A DNA stretch of 64,000 nucleotides from an uncultured archaeon (lineage in GTDB: Archaea > Thermoproteota > Nitrososphaeria > Nitrososphaerales > Gagatemarchaeaceae), in the NCBI GenBank assembly GCA_963799775.1, contig CAWCYD010000003.1, positions 1,984,001 to 2,048,000 of the forward strand. The letters are read 5' to 3'. The notes beneath the pieces are model-generated. The model ran no database searches and had not been told where the DNA came from. It saw nothing but the letters and a program-made list of their open reading frames with translations. Position numbers and translations under genes: made by a program. Positions 19,364 to 28,961 of this stretch are shown one piece after another (within the stretch, counting starts at the first letter, position 1; each line of letters starts with the position of its first letter).

Positions 19364-20153
19364 GTGCAGGATGCCGCTCCGGCGGTTGCGACCACGAAGG
19401 ATGGCAGGCCGGTAGTCGTCCAGACGACCGACCTGGCGAAGCGCTACAAGAGGGGCAGGATCTCGGTGAACGCGCTCGACGGCGTCACGGTGACGATAGG
19501 CAAGGGCGAGATAATCGGGATAATCGGGCCCTCCGGGTCCGGGAAGACGACCCTCCTAAACCTCATCGGAGGCCTCGACAGGCCCTCACACGGCAAGGTC
19601 CTCGTGGACGGGGTCGACCTTGGGTCGCTGGGCGAGGGAGAGCTTGCGGACTACCGCCTGAAGAAGATAGGCTTCATCTTCCAATTCTACAACCTCATCT
19701 CCACTCTCACCGCGGTCGAGAACGTCGAGCTCCCCATGGCGTTCGCGCGCGTGCCCAAGGAGGAGCGGATGGGCCGGGCAAACGAGCTCCTCGAGACGGT
19801 CGGGCTGGGTCAAAGGGTCCACCACATGCCCCAGGAGCTCAGCGGCGGAGAGCAGCAGAGGGTCGCCGTCGCTCGCGCCCTCTCGAACAACCCCTCGGTG
19901 ATACTCGGAGACGAGCCGACAGGAGACCTGGACTCCAAGTCAGCGAAGTCTCTCATGGACCTCATCTGGTCCCTGAGGAAGGAGAAGAAGGTCACCTTCA
20001 TCCTGGTGACACACGATCCGATAGTCGTCTTGAGGTGCGACAGGGCGTACTCGATAAGGGACGGTAAGGTCCATCAAGGAGATCATCCCGAAGACCGAGG
20101 ACAGGAAACAGCTCTCCGACGAGGAGAGGGTAATGATGGACTCTCTCTTCTAA
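19364..20153 (+). CDS. MacB/LolD-type ABC ATPase (frameshift near 20070)
   Basis: GPSGSGKT, LSGGEQQRVA, GDEPTGDLD; repaired C-terminus IKEIIPKTEDRKQLSDEERVMMDSLF stop at 20151-20153. Confidence 0.9.
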
Positions 20154-20192
20154 GAGCACGCCAGCGCGACGAATCCTTCAAAGATGTTTTAA

Positions 20193-22679
20193 TTGAGCAG
20201 GACCGGCTGCGGTCTCAGAAGGGCCTTGACATCTCCAGGTGGCAGACGTATCGAGCGCAAGGCTGCGATGTCGGCACTCGCCGTCGCGGGGCTGATCTTG
20301 CTGGCCTCTTTCTCCTCCTCGTCCCTCTCCTCCCCGCGGTCCGCTCACGTCGCTCACGGGGCGGCTCTGTCTCCGTCTAGCAATTTTCGGCCCGCCTCCA
20401 TGAGGTTCTCTGCCTCCCAAACAGGCCCCGCTTTGGCGACCTTGACGGTCCCCACCTACGACGAGCAGATAGGGACGACCTTCACGCAGAACCTCGGCGC
20501 CGTGACCTACAACGTCACCGCCCTCGCGCAAACGGACGCCGACGGCTACGGGCCGGCCTACATCCTCAACGGCCTGACCAACGCCGGCTACTGGTATCAG
20601 GTGGGGATTTCCTACCACTGGCCCAGCGTGGGCGGAGGTTACAACGCCGGGTTCGCGTTCAGCTACCAGGTCTACGCGGCCGACGGGAGGTCGGCATACC
20701 CCGCCAGCGGGTCTGGGTTAGGCACGTTCTCCAAGGCGGTGCACTCGGGCGACAGCATGCTCCTCAGCCTGACCTTCATCGGGACCGCGGTCCAGATGCT
20801 CGCGCAGGACTGGCAGACGGGCGCCGTCGCGAAGACCAGCTTCAGCAGCGAGGGAGCCTCCAGCTTCGTGGGGAACCCGTCGAACCCATCCAGCAACCAG
20901 GGATACTTCACGGGCATAATGACAGAGTGGTACCACGTCGGCGAATACACCGGGAGCGAGGGGAAGGTGACATACACCAACACGGCGGTGGCGCTCAACT
21001 CCGCCTGGCTCTGGGCCGACGAGTTCCAGGCTGGAAGCACCGGCGGAGACGTCTTCTCCAACCGGACCCAGACCCCGGTGACCTTCACCAACGCGCAGCA
21101 GCTCTACCCATTCGTCTCGAACGGCGCAGCCGTATACGGCTCGGCCCACCAGATCATCACGGGACTTCTCAACTCGGCCGCGTCGAGAGTCACACTGGTG
21201 CCAGCAACCCCATCGACTGGAGCCGCATCGTTTCTCGCCACATACACGCTGGCCGGCCTGAAGCAGACGTCTGCTTTGGAGGGAGGGAACACTAGCCTTA
21301 TCGAGGCCGACCCGGGGACGACCGTGACACTCTACGTCAACTCATCGGGCTCGTCGCCGCTCATGAATTGGGTTCTCAGCGGCACTTCGGGCACCTCCGT
21401 CACCTTTGCTGCCGGGGCCAACGTCACCTATGTCTACTACGAGTTGGTCGAGGAGACAGTTTCGGTCGGAGCAGCCAGCGGTGGTTCCTTACCTTCCTTC
21501 CCAACGCTAACCTACGAAGTGCCTGCCCAGATTGCTGGGTCTCAACCTCTCAGTGTCCCTGTATCTCAGCTTCTGGGCACGTCGCCCGTCTCCATCTTCA
21601 CCATGGTCGGTTCCAGTGCCAGCGTCACGGCTAGCGTCTCAGGCGCTTCGAGCGGAGAGCGGTGGGGAACCGCAATCCAGAACTGGACGATTCTCAGTTC
21701 TCCTAACACAATCCCGAGTCCCATCCTCTACTACCACCAATACGTCATCACATTGCTTTACATGACTGTTGGAGGCGGAACTCCCCCCGAGGCGCCCCGA
21801 TTCACTTCCAACGCATTCGGGGTCGCCGCTACCGCCCAGTTGAACAACGTCAGTCAATCTAGCGTTTGCCCATCACAGCTGTGTTCTCCATCCACCCCCA
21901 TCTTGACCTCAAGTGGCTGGTTCGACGCCGGGAGTTTCGGGTCTTTCACGTCGCTCCTTAACGGGAGCAACCCCGCCGAGAGGTGGAGCCTCTCCAATAT
22001 CCGTCCAAACAACGTCTCTGGAGTCATAACAACGCCGCTGATGGTGCTTGTCTCCACACCCGGAGAGGTTGTGACCGGAGTCTATACCCACCAATACTAC
22101 GTCAGCTATGGCGTCAACGACCCCGATGGAGGGACAATCTCAGCCAGCTCTGGCTGGTTTGACGCTGGAAACAGGGTGAATGTGACCGCCACCGCCAACC
22201 AGGGATGGCAGTTGGAAGGATGGAACGGCACCGGCTACGCGGTATATACAGGGGGAAACCCTCCATTAATCGTCGGTGGACCCTTCAGCTTGAATGCCAC
22301 CTTCTACGCGGGGCTTTCAATCTCCGCCGACAAGGGAACCAACATCGCCTACTCCTACGGCTCCGAGAGCGGGACGGTGCAAGCCGGAACCGACAAGACT
22401 GTCTATGTTGCGCCGTCTTCTAGCGTCAGCTTCAAAGCGACCCCATCCGACTTTCTGCACTCGTTTGCTTCATGGAAGGGGACCGGGCTCGCAAACGCCA
22501 CCAAGCCCAGCCTGGCGCTGACGGTTAACCAACCGACCTCGATTGCGGGGACATCGACCTACAATTTGATAGTGCTCGTCGGCGGGTTGGCGGGCGCGGC
22601 GGTCATCCTCGCTCTCTCTGGCTTCCTCTGGATTCGCAACAAGCAAAACAGGGCGAACCCCGGCGGGTACGCTGCCTAA
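20193..22679 (+). CDS. Large cell-surface protein with thermopsin-like N-terminal domain, beta-repeats and C-terminal TM anchor (start uncertain)
   Basis: GYGPAYILNGLTNAGYWYQVG motif, SGWFDAG repeats, C-terminal TM plus basic tail. Confidence 0.7.
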   Translation: MSRTGCGLRRALTSPGGRRIERKAAMSALAVAGLILLASFSSSSLSSPRSAHVAHGAALSPSSNFRPASMRFSASQTGPALATLTVPTYDEQIGTTFTQNLGAVTYNVTALAQTDADGYGPAYILNGLTNAGYWYQVGISYHWPSVGGGYNAGFAFSYQVYAADGRSAYPASGSGLGTFSKAVHSGDSMLLSLTFIGTAVQMLAQDWQTGAVAKTSFSSEGASSFVGNPSNPSSNQGYFTGIMTEWYHVGEYTGSEGKVTYTNTAVALNSAWLWADEFQAGSTGGDVFSNRTQTPVTFTNAQQLYPFVSNGAAVYGSAHQIITGLLNSAASRVTLVPATPSTGAASFLATYTLAGLKQTSALEGGNTSLIEADPGTTVTLYVNSSGSSPLMNWVLSGTSGTSVTFAAGANVTYVYYELVEETVSVGAASGGSLPSFPTLTYEVPAQIAGSQPLSVPVSQLLGTSPVSIFTMVGSSASVTASVSGASSGERWGTAIQNWTILSSPNTIPSPILYYHQYVITLLYMTVGGGTPPEAPRFTSNAFGVAATAQLNNVSQSSVCPSQLCSPSTPILTSSGWFDAGSFGSFTSLLNGSNPAERWSLSNIRPNNVSGVITTPLMVLVSTPGEVVTGVYTHQYYVSYGVNDPDGGTISASSGWFDAGNRVNVTATANQGWQLEGWNGTGYAVYTGGNPPLIVGGPFSLNATFYAGLSISADKGTNIAYSYGSESGTVQAGTDKTVYVAPSSSVSFKATPSDFLHSFASWKGTGLANATKPSLALTVNQPTSIAGTSTYNLIVLVGGLAGAAVILALSGFLWIRNKQNRANPGGYAA

Positions 22680-22695
22680 CCTTCGCGGGCGGGCG

Positions 22696-22965
22696 CTACA
22701 TCTTGGGCCTGGAAAATGCTGAGATGAGGGCGAGCACGATTATCGCGACCACAACCAGGCCGGCGGCGTATGTGAAGCGGATGAAGACGAAGGTCGAGAG
22801 GAGGGCGACGATCGCGCCGAACCCAGAGTAGTAGAGCCTCTCCTGCCTCCGCTCCATGGTCAGCCCGAACACCAGGGCCCAGAGCCCGCTGAGCAGCAGG
22901 ATACCCGCGATTGCCTCGCGAGCGTGGATTATCCGGAAGAGCAGGAGCGCGACGGGGACAAGCAC
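22696..22965 (-). CDS. Small membrane protein (true start probably further upstream)
   Basis: Several TM helices; frame open upstream as LRRIGLGYGLIVTV. Confidence 0.65.
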   Translation of the reverse strand: MLVPVALLLFRIIHAREAIAGILLLSGLWALVFGLTMERRQERLYYSGFGAIVALLSTFVFIRFTYAAGLVVVAIIVLALISAFSRPKM

Positions 22966-23058
22966 CGTGACAATCAGGCCGTATCCCAGACCGATACGTC
23001 TCAGCCCAGCGCACCTGTGCAGCGATTGCCGGGGGTCACTAAATAAGGTGACGTTGCG

Positions 23059-23298
23059 TTAAGGGAACTTCTCGGCGATCATCGTGTTGGTGCTCGTGAT
23101 GTTCGCTATCTTGCGGACCTCAGTGTTCACGACCTCGTTGAGTTCAGCCATCGTCTCAGCCTCCACAACCACCACGATGTCGTAGACCGCGTACACCTCG
23201 TAGACCTCCTTGACCCCCTTCACCATCTTCAGCTGCGCCACGGTGTCCTTGTCGGTCCCGACCTTCACGTTCATCATGACGAATGCGAGCACGCTCAC
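23059..23298 (-). CDS. Lrp/AsnC ligand-binding domain protein
   Basis: AFVMMNV...GVKEVYEVYAVYDIVVVVEA...TSTNTMI. Confidence 0.9.
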   Translation of the reverse strand: MSVLAFVMMNVKVGTDKDTVAQLKMVKGVKEVYEVYAVYDIVVVVEAETMAELNEVVNTEVRKIANITSTNTMIAEKFP

Positions 23299-23393
23299 GG
23301 CAGGGGCCTCTAGTCCAAACCTCCAAGCACGGGTATAAAATGCGTCACTGGACTTAAGAGAGGCCCATCCTTGGGGATGCCTAAGGACTCGGA

Positions 23394-23879
23394 TTGGCTG
23401 TCAAGAAGCGACGGGAGACTCGAGGCAGGATGTGGATTGCCGTGGCCGTCGTCCTCGTGATAGTCATCATCGTCGTCGCGGTAGGGGTCTACGGAGGTTC
23501 CCTGGGCATCCCCGGCCTCGGCCATTCCAGCTCGTTGTCCTCTCAGGGTTCCTCCCTCTTCACGGTGTTGAACGTCACACTGAGCACCTTCCCGGCCATC
23601 GAGGACGCCCAATTCGGCTTCGGGGCCTCCGCCGTGGTATTCAACCACAACACGGTGAACATCTCGAACACGACTGTCGTGGTCAATTCGATCAACCTCG
23701 GGACTTGCACCAGCGGGATTCAGCCGGGACAGCAGTTCGATTGCAAGGTCGGACAGAGCGTCGCTTGCCAGAACGCCCCCTCCCTCCCCTACGCTGTCAG
23801 GGTGACGGTGACTTTCGCCGGAGGCGCGACCCAGTCCTCAACGACAACGATTAACACGGCCCTGACCTTCTTGTGCTAG
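23394..23879 (+). CDS. Membrane-anchored hypothetical protein
   Basis: Basic N-terminus, TM helix, Ig-like beta pattern, four Cys. Confidence 0.7.
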   Translation: MAVKKRRETRGRMWIAVAVVLVIVIIVVAVGVYGGSLGIPGLGHSSSLSSQGSSLFTVLNVTLSTFPAIEDAQFGFGASAVVFNHNTVNISNTTVVVNSINLGTCTSGIQPGQQFDCKVGQSVACQNAPSLPYAVRVTVTFAGGATQSSTTTINTALTFLC

Positions 23880-23927
23880 ATTCCCGCCCGCGCCACGTAG
23901 ACACCAAAGCCATCACAATTATTACCG

Positions 23928-25445
23928 GTGTCGGCGGCCGAGAAAGGACCGAGGCTCCGGTGCCAGCGTTTGCAATACAAGTGGATCGTCCTCTCCAACA
24001 CGACTCTCGGCACGCTGATGGCGTCGCTGGACACGAACATCGTCCTCATAGCCCTCCCGACTATTTCCAGGGAGCTCAAGGCCACCTCCTTCTTCGACCT
24101 TCTCTGGGTGCTCCTCGGATACCAGCTGGTGAACGGCTCCCTCCTCGTCAACTTCGGCCGCCTCGCAGACATGTTCGGTCGGGTCAGGCTCTACACCTTC
24201 GGCTTCGCGATATTCACGACGGCCTCGGCGCTCTGCAGCCTGGCCCAGACGGGGGAGCAGCTGATAGCGTTCAGGCTGCTGCAGGGTGTCGGCTCAGCGT
24301 TCCTCTTCTCGAACAGCGGCGCGATAATCACTGACTCGTTCCCGTTGGAAGAGCGCGGGAGGGCGCTTGGGATCAACCAGGTCTCCATCGTCATCGGCTC
24401 GTTGCTGGGGCTCGTCCTGGGCGGCGTGCTGACGACGGTGGCAGGGTGGAGGTCCATCTTCTACGTCAACATCCCAATCGGCATCTTCGCAACCGTCTGG
24501 TCCCACTACCAGCTGAAGGAGCTCGCGACTATCAGGAAGGGGCAGAAGCTGGACATCGTCGGGAACGTGACGTTCGCGGGAGGGCTCGCGATGGTCCTCG
24601 GGGCGATAACGCTCTACGCAGTCTCCCTCGTGCCGCTCGACGAGTTCTTCGTCCTCTTTGTCGGAGGTGTCTCGCTACTCGTCGCCTTCGTGTACACGGA
24701 GCAGAGGGTGAAGGAGCCGATGCTCGACCTCTCCCTCTTCAAGATCAGGCTTTTCACCGCGGGGACGGTCGCCAGCCTCCTGCAGTCGCTGGCGAGGGGG
24801 GCGGTCACCCTCGTCTTGACCTTCTACCTGCAGGGGCCGTCGATGGCCCTTAGCCCTTTCACAGCGGGCGTCTTCCTCATCCCCATCTCGGTCGGGATCG
24901 CCTTTCTCGGGCCTCTCAGCGGTCACTACTCCGACAGATACGGGCCGAGGTTCTTTGCGACCTCGGGACTCCTTGTCTCGTGTGTGGGCTTCGTCATCTT
25001 GTCGGATATCGGGAAGACCGTCACCTTCTGGCAACTCGCGCTCCCCCTGTTCCTGGTCGGAGCCGGGATCGGCCTCTTCCAGTCCCCGAACAGGGCGTCT
25101 GTGATGAACTCCGTCCCGGCGAGGGCCAGGGGGATAGCCTCGGGGACGGCCACGACCGTCTTCGTGGTGGGGGCGAGCTTCAGCCTGAGCCTGGCCTTCT
25201 TCATCCTCACCTCCGGGGTCCCGATTGCAGAGCTCCAGAACATCTTCGTCGGGGGGACAGCGGCGGCCAACGCAAGCTGGGTCAACAACTTCATCAGCTC
25301 GATTCACATCGTCTATTACCTGTCCGCGGCGTTTGTTCTCGCGGGCGTCATCCCGTCCGTGCTTAGAGGGCCTTCAAGAGCCCAGGCGGTTGGGAAGCAG
25401 AAAGAAGAGGGCGCAGACAATCGTATGGACGAACCACCCAAGTAG
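23928..25445 (+). CDS. MFS transporter, DHA2 (EmrB-like) family
   Basis: QYKWIVLSNTTLGTLM, FGRLADMFGR, ERGRALG; about 14 TM. Confidence 0.92.
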   Translation: MSAAEKGPRLRCQRLQYKWIVLSNTTLGTLMASLDTNIVLIALPTISRELKATSFFDLLWVLLGYQLVNGSLLVNFGRLADMFGRVRLYTFGFAIFTTASALCSLAQTGEQLIAFRLLQGVGSAFLFSNSGAIITDSFPLEERGRALGINQVSIVIGSLLGLVLGGVLTTVAGWRSIFYVNIPIGIFATVWSHYQLKELATIRKGQKLDIVGNVTFAGGLAMVLGAITLYAVSLVPLDEFFVLFVGGVSLLVAFVYTEQRVKEPMLDLSLFKIRLFTAGTVASLLQSLARGAVTLVLTFYLQGPSMALSPFTAGVFLIPISVGIAFLGPLSGHYSDRYGPRFFATSGLLVSCVGFVILSDIGKTVTFWQLALPLFLVGAGIGLFQSPNRASVMNSVPARARGIASGTATTVFVVGASFSLSLAFFILTSGVPIAELQNIFVGGTAAANASWVNNFISSIHIVYYLSAAFVLAGVIPSVLRGPSRAQAVGKQKEEGADNRMDEPPK

Positions 25446-25610
25446 CCATATGTTTGAGCGCAATAAATACCCTAGATGTAAATGTGTTCACACAATTTAT
25501 AGTCAAGAGTCAAACGTTTGGTGACTATTTATAATAAGAATCCAATCGTAAGTTTTTAGCATAACGTTTAAGTAAAACTATGATGTTACATCCTCCAAGG
25601 GAAAAGTCTC

Positions 25611-25983
25611 ATGAAGAAGATTGAAGCAATAATCAGAAGGGAAAGGTTCCCTAATGTCGATGCCGCGCTGAAACAGCTAGGCGTCGGCGGTCTGACAGTT
25701 GAGGAGGTCGCCGGACGGGGCCGCGCTAGGCACACCACGACGGTCTTGGCAAAGGGCCGATGGAATTACGAAGAGGAGTACATCAAGAGGCTCAAGGTCG
25801 AGATCCTCGTGCAGGACTCTAATGCGCAGCCCGTGATCGACGCCATAATCGCGCACGCTTCTACGGGGTCGGTGGGAGACGGGAAGATCTTCGTCTCGAC
25901 AGTGGACGAGGCTCCTCGACATCGGCTCAAAGGCGGTCGACGAGAAGGCAGTCGCATTCGCGACCATCCCAAGGCAGAACTAG
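25611..25983 (+). CDS. glnB: P-II family nitrogen regulator (frameshift near 25910)
   Basis: MKKIEAIIR, GRGR, STGSVGDGKIFVSTVDE; repaired tail VLDIGSKAVDEKAV. Confidence 0.88.
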
Positions 25984-26087
25984 GGAATCACACATCGAGT
26001 CAGGCGCAAGAAGCAAAGGCGCCTGACCCATTTAGTTTACCACCCCAGTGCTAACCCTAATCGGGCTGAAGAAGACATATCTACTTT

Positions 26088-26969
26088 TTGCGCGCGAGAA
26101 CCTCGGTCGTGATTCCGCGCCAGTTCGTGCTGCACTCGCCAACCTCACTTTCTGAGGCGACGTCACTTCTCAGGAGACTGGACGACGCGAAGGTCCTTGC
26201 CGGCGGGCAGAGCCTTGTGCCCCTGATGAAGCTCAGGCTCGTAAGTCCCGCCAACATCGTCGACATCGGGAGAATTCCGGGGCTGAGTTACATCAAGAAG
26301 GACAGCGGCCATCTTCTGATTGGCTCGATGACGACCCACAACGACGTCGCAGTTTCGCCTCTCGTCGAGCAGAGCTGCGTCATACTCTCGGAGGCGGCCC
26401 GACAGGTAGGCGACAGGCAGGTGAGAAACAGGGGGACGATAGGTGGAACGACATGCCACGCCGACCCCGCAGCGGACATCCCGGCCGTCCTCCTCGCTTT
26501 GGACGCGGAGTTCACGGCGGCGGGATCCAAGGGGACCCGAGTGATCAAGTCCAAGGACTTCTTCCAAGACCTGCTCACGACGAGCCTCAGGAGCGGAGAG
26601 ATCCTAACCGAGGTCCGAGTCCCAGTCCTTCCCCCTAGGACCGGAGGCGCTTACGTGAAGCTCCACAGGGCCAAGGGTGATCTGGCGACTGTCGGCGTGG
26701 CGGCCGCGGTCACACTAGACAAGTCGGGGGACTGCGAAGACGTGAGGCTGGGCCTTGCCGGAGTCGGTTTGACTCCTCTGAGAGCTTCGAAGGCCGAGGC
26801 CACTTTGAGGGGACGCAAGCCTAGCGAGAAGCTCATCTCCGAGGCAGGAGAGAACGCGGCGGAGATATCGAGCCCGACCTCAGACGTGATGGGCACGGCC
26901 GAGTACAAGCGGGAGATGGTCAAGGTCTACGTCAAGCGGGCGATCCGGGAGTGCCTGAGCAAGGTCTGA
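26088..26969 (+). CDS. Molybdenum hydroxylase FAD subunit (CoxM/CutM-like)
   Basis: LAGGQSLVPLMKLRL, QVRNRGTIGG, HADPAAD. Confidence 0.92.
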   Translation: MRARTSVVIPRQFVLHSPTSLSEATSLLRRLDDAKVLAGGQSLVPLMKLRLVSPANIVDIGRIPGLSYIKKDSGHLLIGSMTTHNDVAVSPLVEQSCVILSEAARQVGDRQVRNRGTIGGTTCHADPAADIPAVLLALDAEFTAAGSKGTRVIKSKDFFQDLLTTSLRSGEILTEVRVPVLPPRTGGAYVKLHRAKGDLATVGVAAAVTLDKSGDCEDVRLGLAGVGLTPLRASKAEATLRGRKPSEKLISEAGENAAEISSPTSDVMGTAEYKREMVKVYVKRAIRECLSKV

Positions 26970-26975
26970 AGTGAG

Positions 26976-27507
26976 TTGGCAGAGTCGAACGCGCCCAAGC
27001 AGGTGAACCTCACCGTCAACGGCGAGAAGCGGTCCGGAGTCGCCGAGGCTATGGCACCTCCTCTCCTACTTCATCAGGGGGGAGCTGGGGCTCACGGGCA
27101 CCCACATCGGGTGCATCGTCGGAAGGTGCGGAGCCTGCTCGGTCGTCCTCAACGGCAAGGTGGTCAAATCATGCATGATCTTCGCGCAGCAGGTCGAGGG
27201 GGCCGAGCTCCTCACCATCGAGGGGCTGGCGCAAGGCGCGCAGCTCCACCCAATCCAGGAGGCGTTCTGGGAACACCACGGGCTCCAGTGCGGCTACTGC
27301 ACCCCGGGCATGATCCTCACGACGCTCGACCTGTTGCAAAACAACCCGGACCCCACGGACGAGGAGATCAGGGAAGGGATCTCGGGCAACCTCTGCATGT
27401 GCACGGGCTACGTCAACATCGTGAAGTCGGTGAAGGCTGCGGCGCAGAACATGGGAGCCACGAGAAAGGGGAAGGCTACTCCTTCCCGCTCTCGGCAGAG
27501 ACGATGA
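26976..27507 (+). CDS. Molybdenum hydroxylase 2Fe-2S subunit (CoxS-like; frameshift near 27048)
   Basis: LTVNGE; LGLTGTHIGC..GRCGACSV in shifted frame; QCGYCTPGM, GNLCMCTGY. Confidence 0.9.
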
Positions 27508-28878
27508 CCTTGCGCTTCGGCGCCTGCTTCAGCTTCTGAGCCATTATCCCCGTAAGGCCCGCCGCCTCGACCCTCTTCTTCGCCTCTTCCACGGCCTTGG
27601 GCACGGTCTTCGCCCACCAGCCCCTCTCTCCCATCCTAGTCCGGAAGGGCGGCTTTGTCATCGAGTAGGTCGCCGTCAGCCCCTTCTCGGTCTTCATCAT
27701 CTCCCCGACGAACGCGACGAAATCGCCGATGACCGTCTCCCTCGGGAGGACGAGCGGGCCCCACCCGAATGCGGCGCGGGCCGCGTTGTAACCCGCGAGC
27801 GAGCCCGTGACCATGCACTCTTGGATGCCGACGTTGGTGCCCTCCCTTCTCTCCGGCGACGAAGAGGTTGCGGAACCCGATTACCCTGAGCGAGTCGTCC
27901 CTGGGCGCCATCGACATGAACCTCACCGCATTGCCCACGCCCCCTCCGAGAGGGTCCGAGTAGCGCGCGTCCTGCATGCCCTTGAGCTTCCTCACGTCCT
28001 CGAGGGGCATGAAGACGAGCCCGTTCGCCTTGAAGAAACCCGGGTAGGCGACCTTGATGGACTTGACATGGGACGGGTCGTACGGGAGGTTTGTGCTCAG
28101 GCCTATCTTGGTCATGTTCTGGACCTCCTCGGGGACGGGGATCTTCGCGCTCCCCTCCCTCTTCACCTCCTCCAGAAGCTCCGGGTCGATCGAGTCGTCG
28201 TAGAAAGAGCAGGCCGAGCTGAGGCCCCCGAAGCCTCCCCCGTGCTTCGCGTCGCGTATCTTCCGGAGCTCCGGCGCGCCCGCCTTCGTCGCGATGCTCA
28301 CCCTGTCCCCGAAGCTGTTGCAGCGGAGCATGCACTCCACGCAACCGTAACCATAATCCTTGCAGATCTGGACGCCGCCCGCCCCTCCACTCCCGTCGAC
28401 GAAAGCGTCGGCCTCGAGCTTCTGGCCTTTCTCCAGCAACACCTTGAGGACCATGTCGCCCTGGGCGTTCTGGGCCTTGCCCACCTCGACGTCGACCGCC
28501 TTGTTCCCGAAGATCAGCTCGACGCCGATGTCCCGGAGGTATCTCCTGATGGCGGTCTCCGCCTTCATGCAGTGGAAGATCGCATTGGCGTGGACCTTCT
28601 GGACGAGGTCCGTCCACCGCGCTCCAGTTCATGTCCGTCCGAGGATAGAGCAAGACCGGAGGGTTCTCGATGATATCCACGATCCACCCGCCCCCAAGCG
28701 CCTTTAGCTCCTCGGTGCCCGCCTGCCTCCCGTCGTTGTAGAAGATCCCCGAGTGCAGGCCCACGCCCATGAGCTGGTCTGTCCTCTCGACAAGGGTCAC
28801 GTCCGCGCCGGCCTTCTGGGCGCAGGCCGCCGCGCTTATCCCGCCGAAGCCCGCCCCCACGACGACGACCTTGGGCAT
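27476..28878 (-). CDS. GidA-like FAD-dependent oxidoreductase with Cys cluster (two frameshifts)
   Basis: VVVVGAGFGGISAA, ERTDQLMG, CKDYGYGCVECMLRC, NLFVAGEKG, TGSLAGYNAAR over three overlapping ORFs. Confidence 0.8.
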
Positions 28879-28961
28879 CTGAGAATTTTTCTCGGCGAGT
28901 CGCGTTATAAGGCTAACTCGGATAGATAGGATAAATATTCACGGAGCGAGCACAAAGCTCG

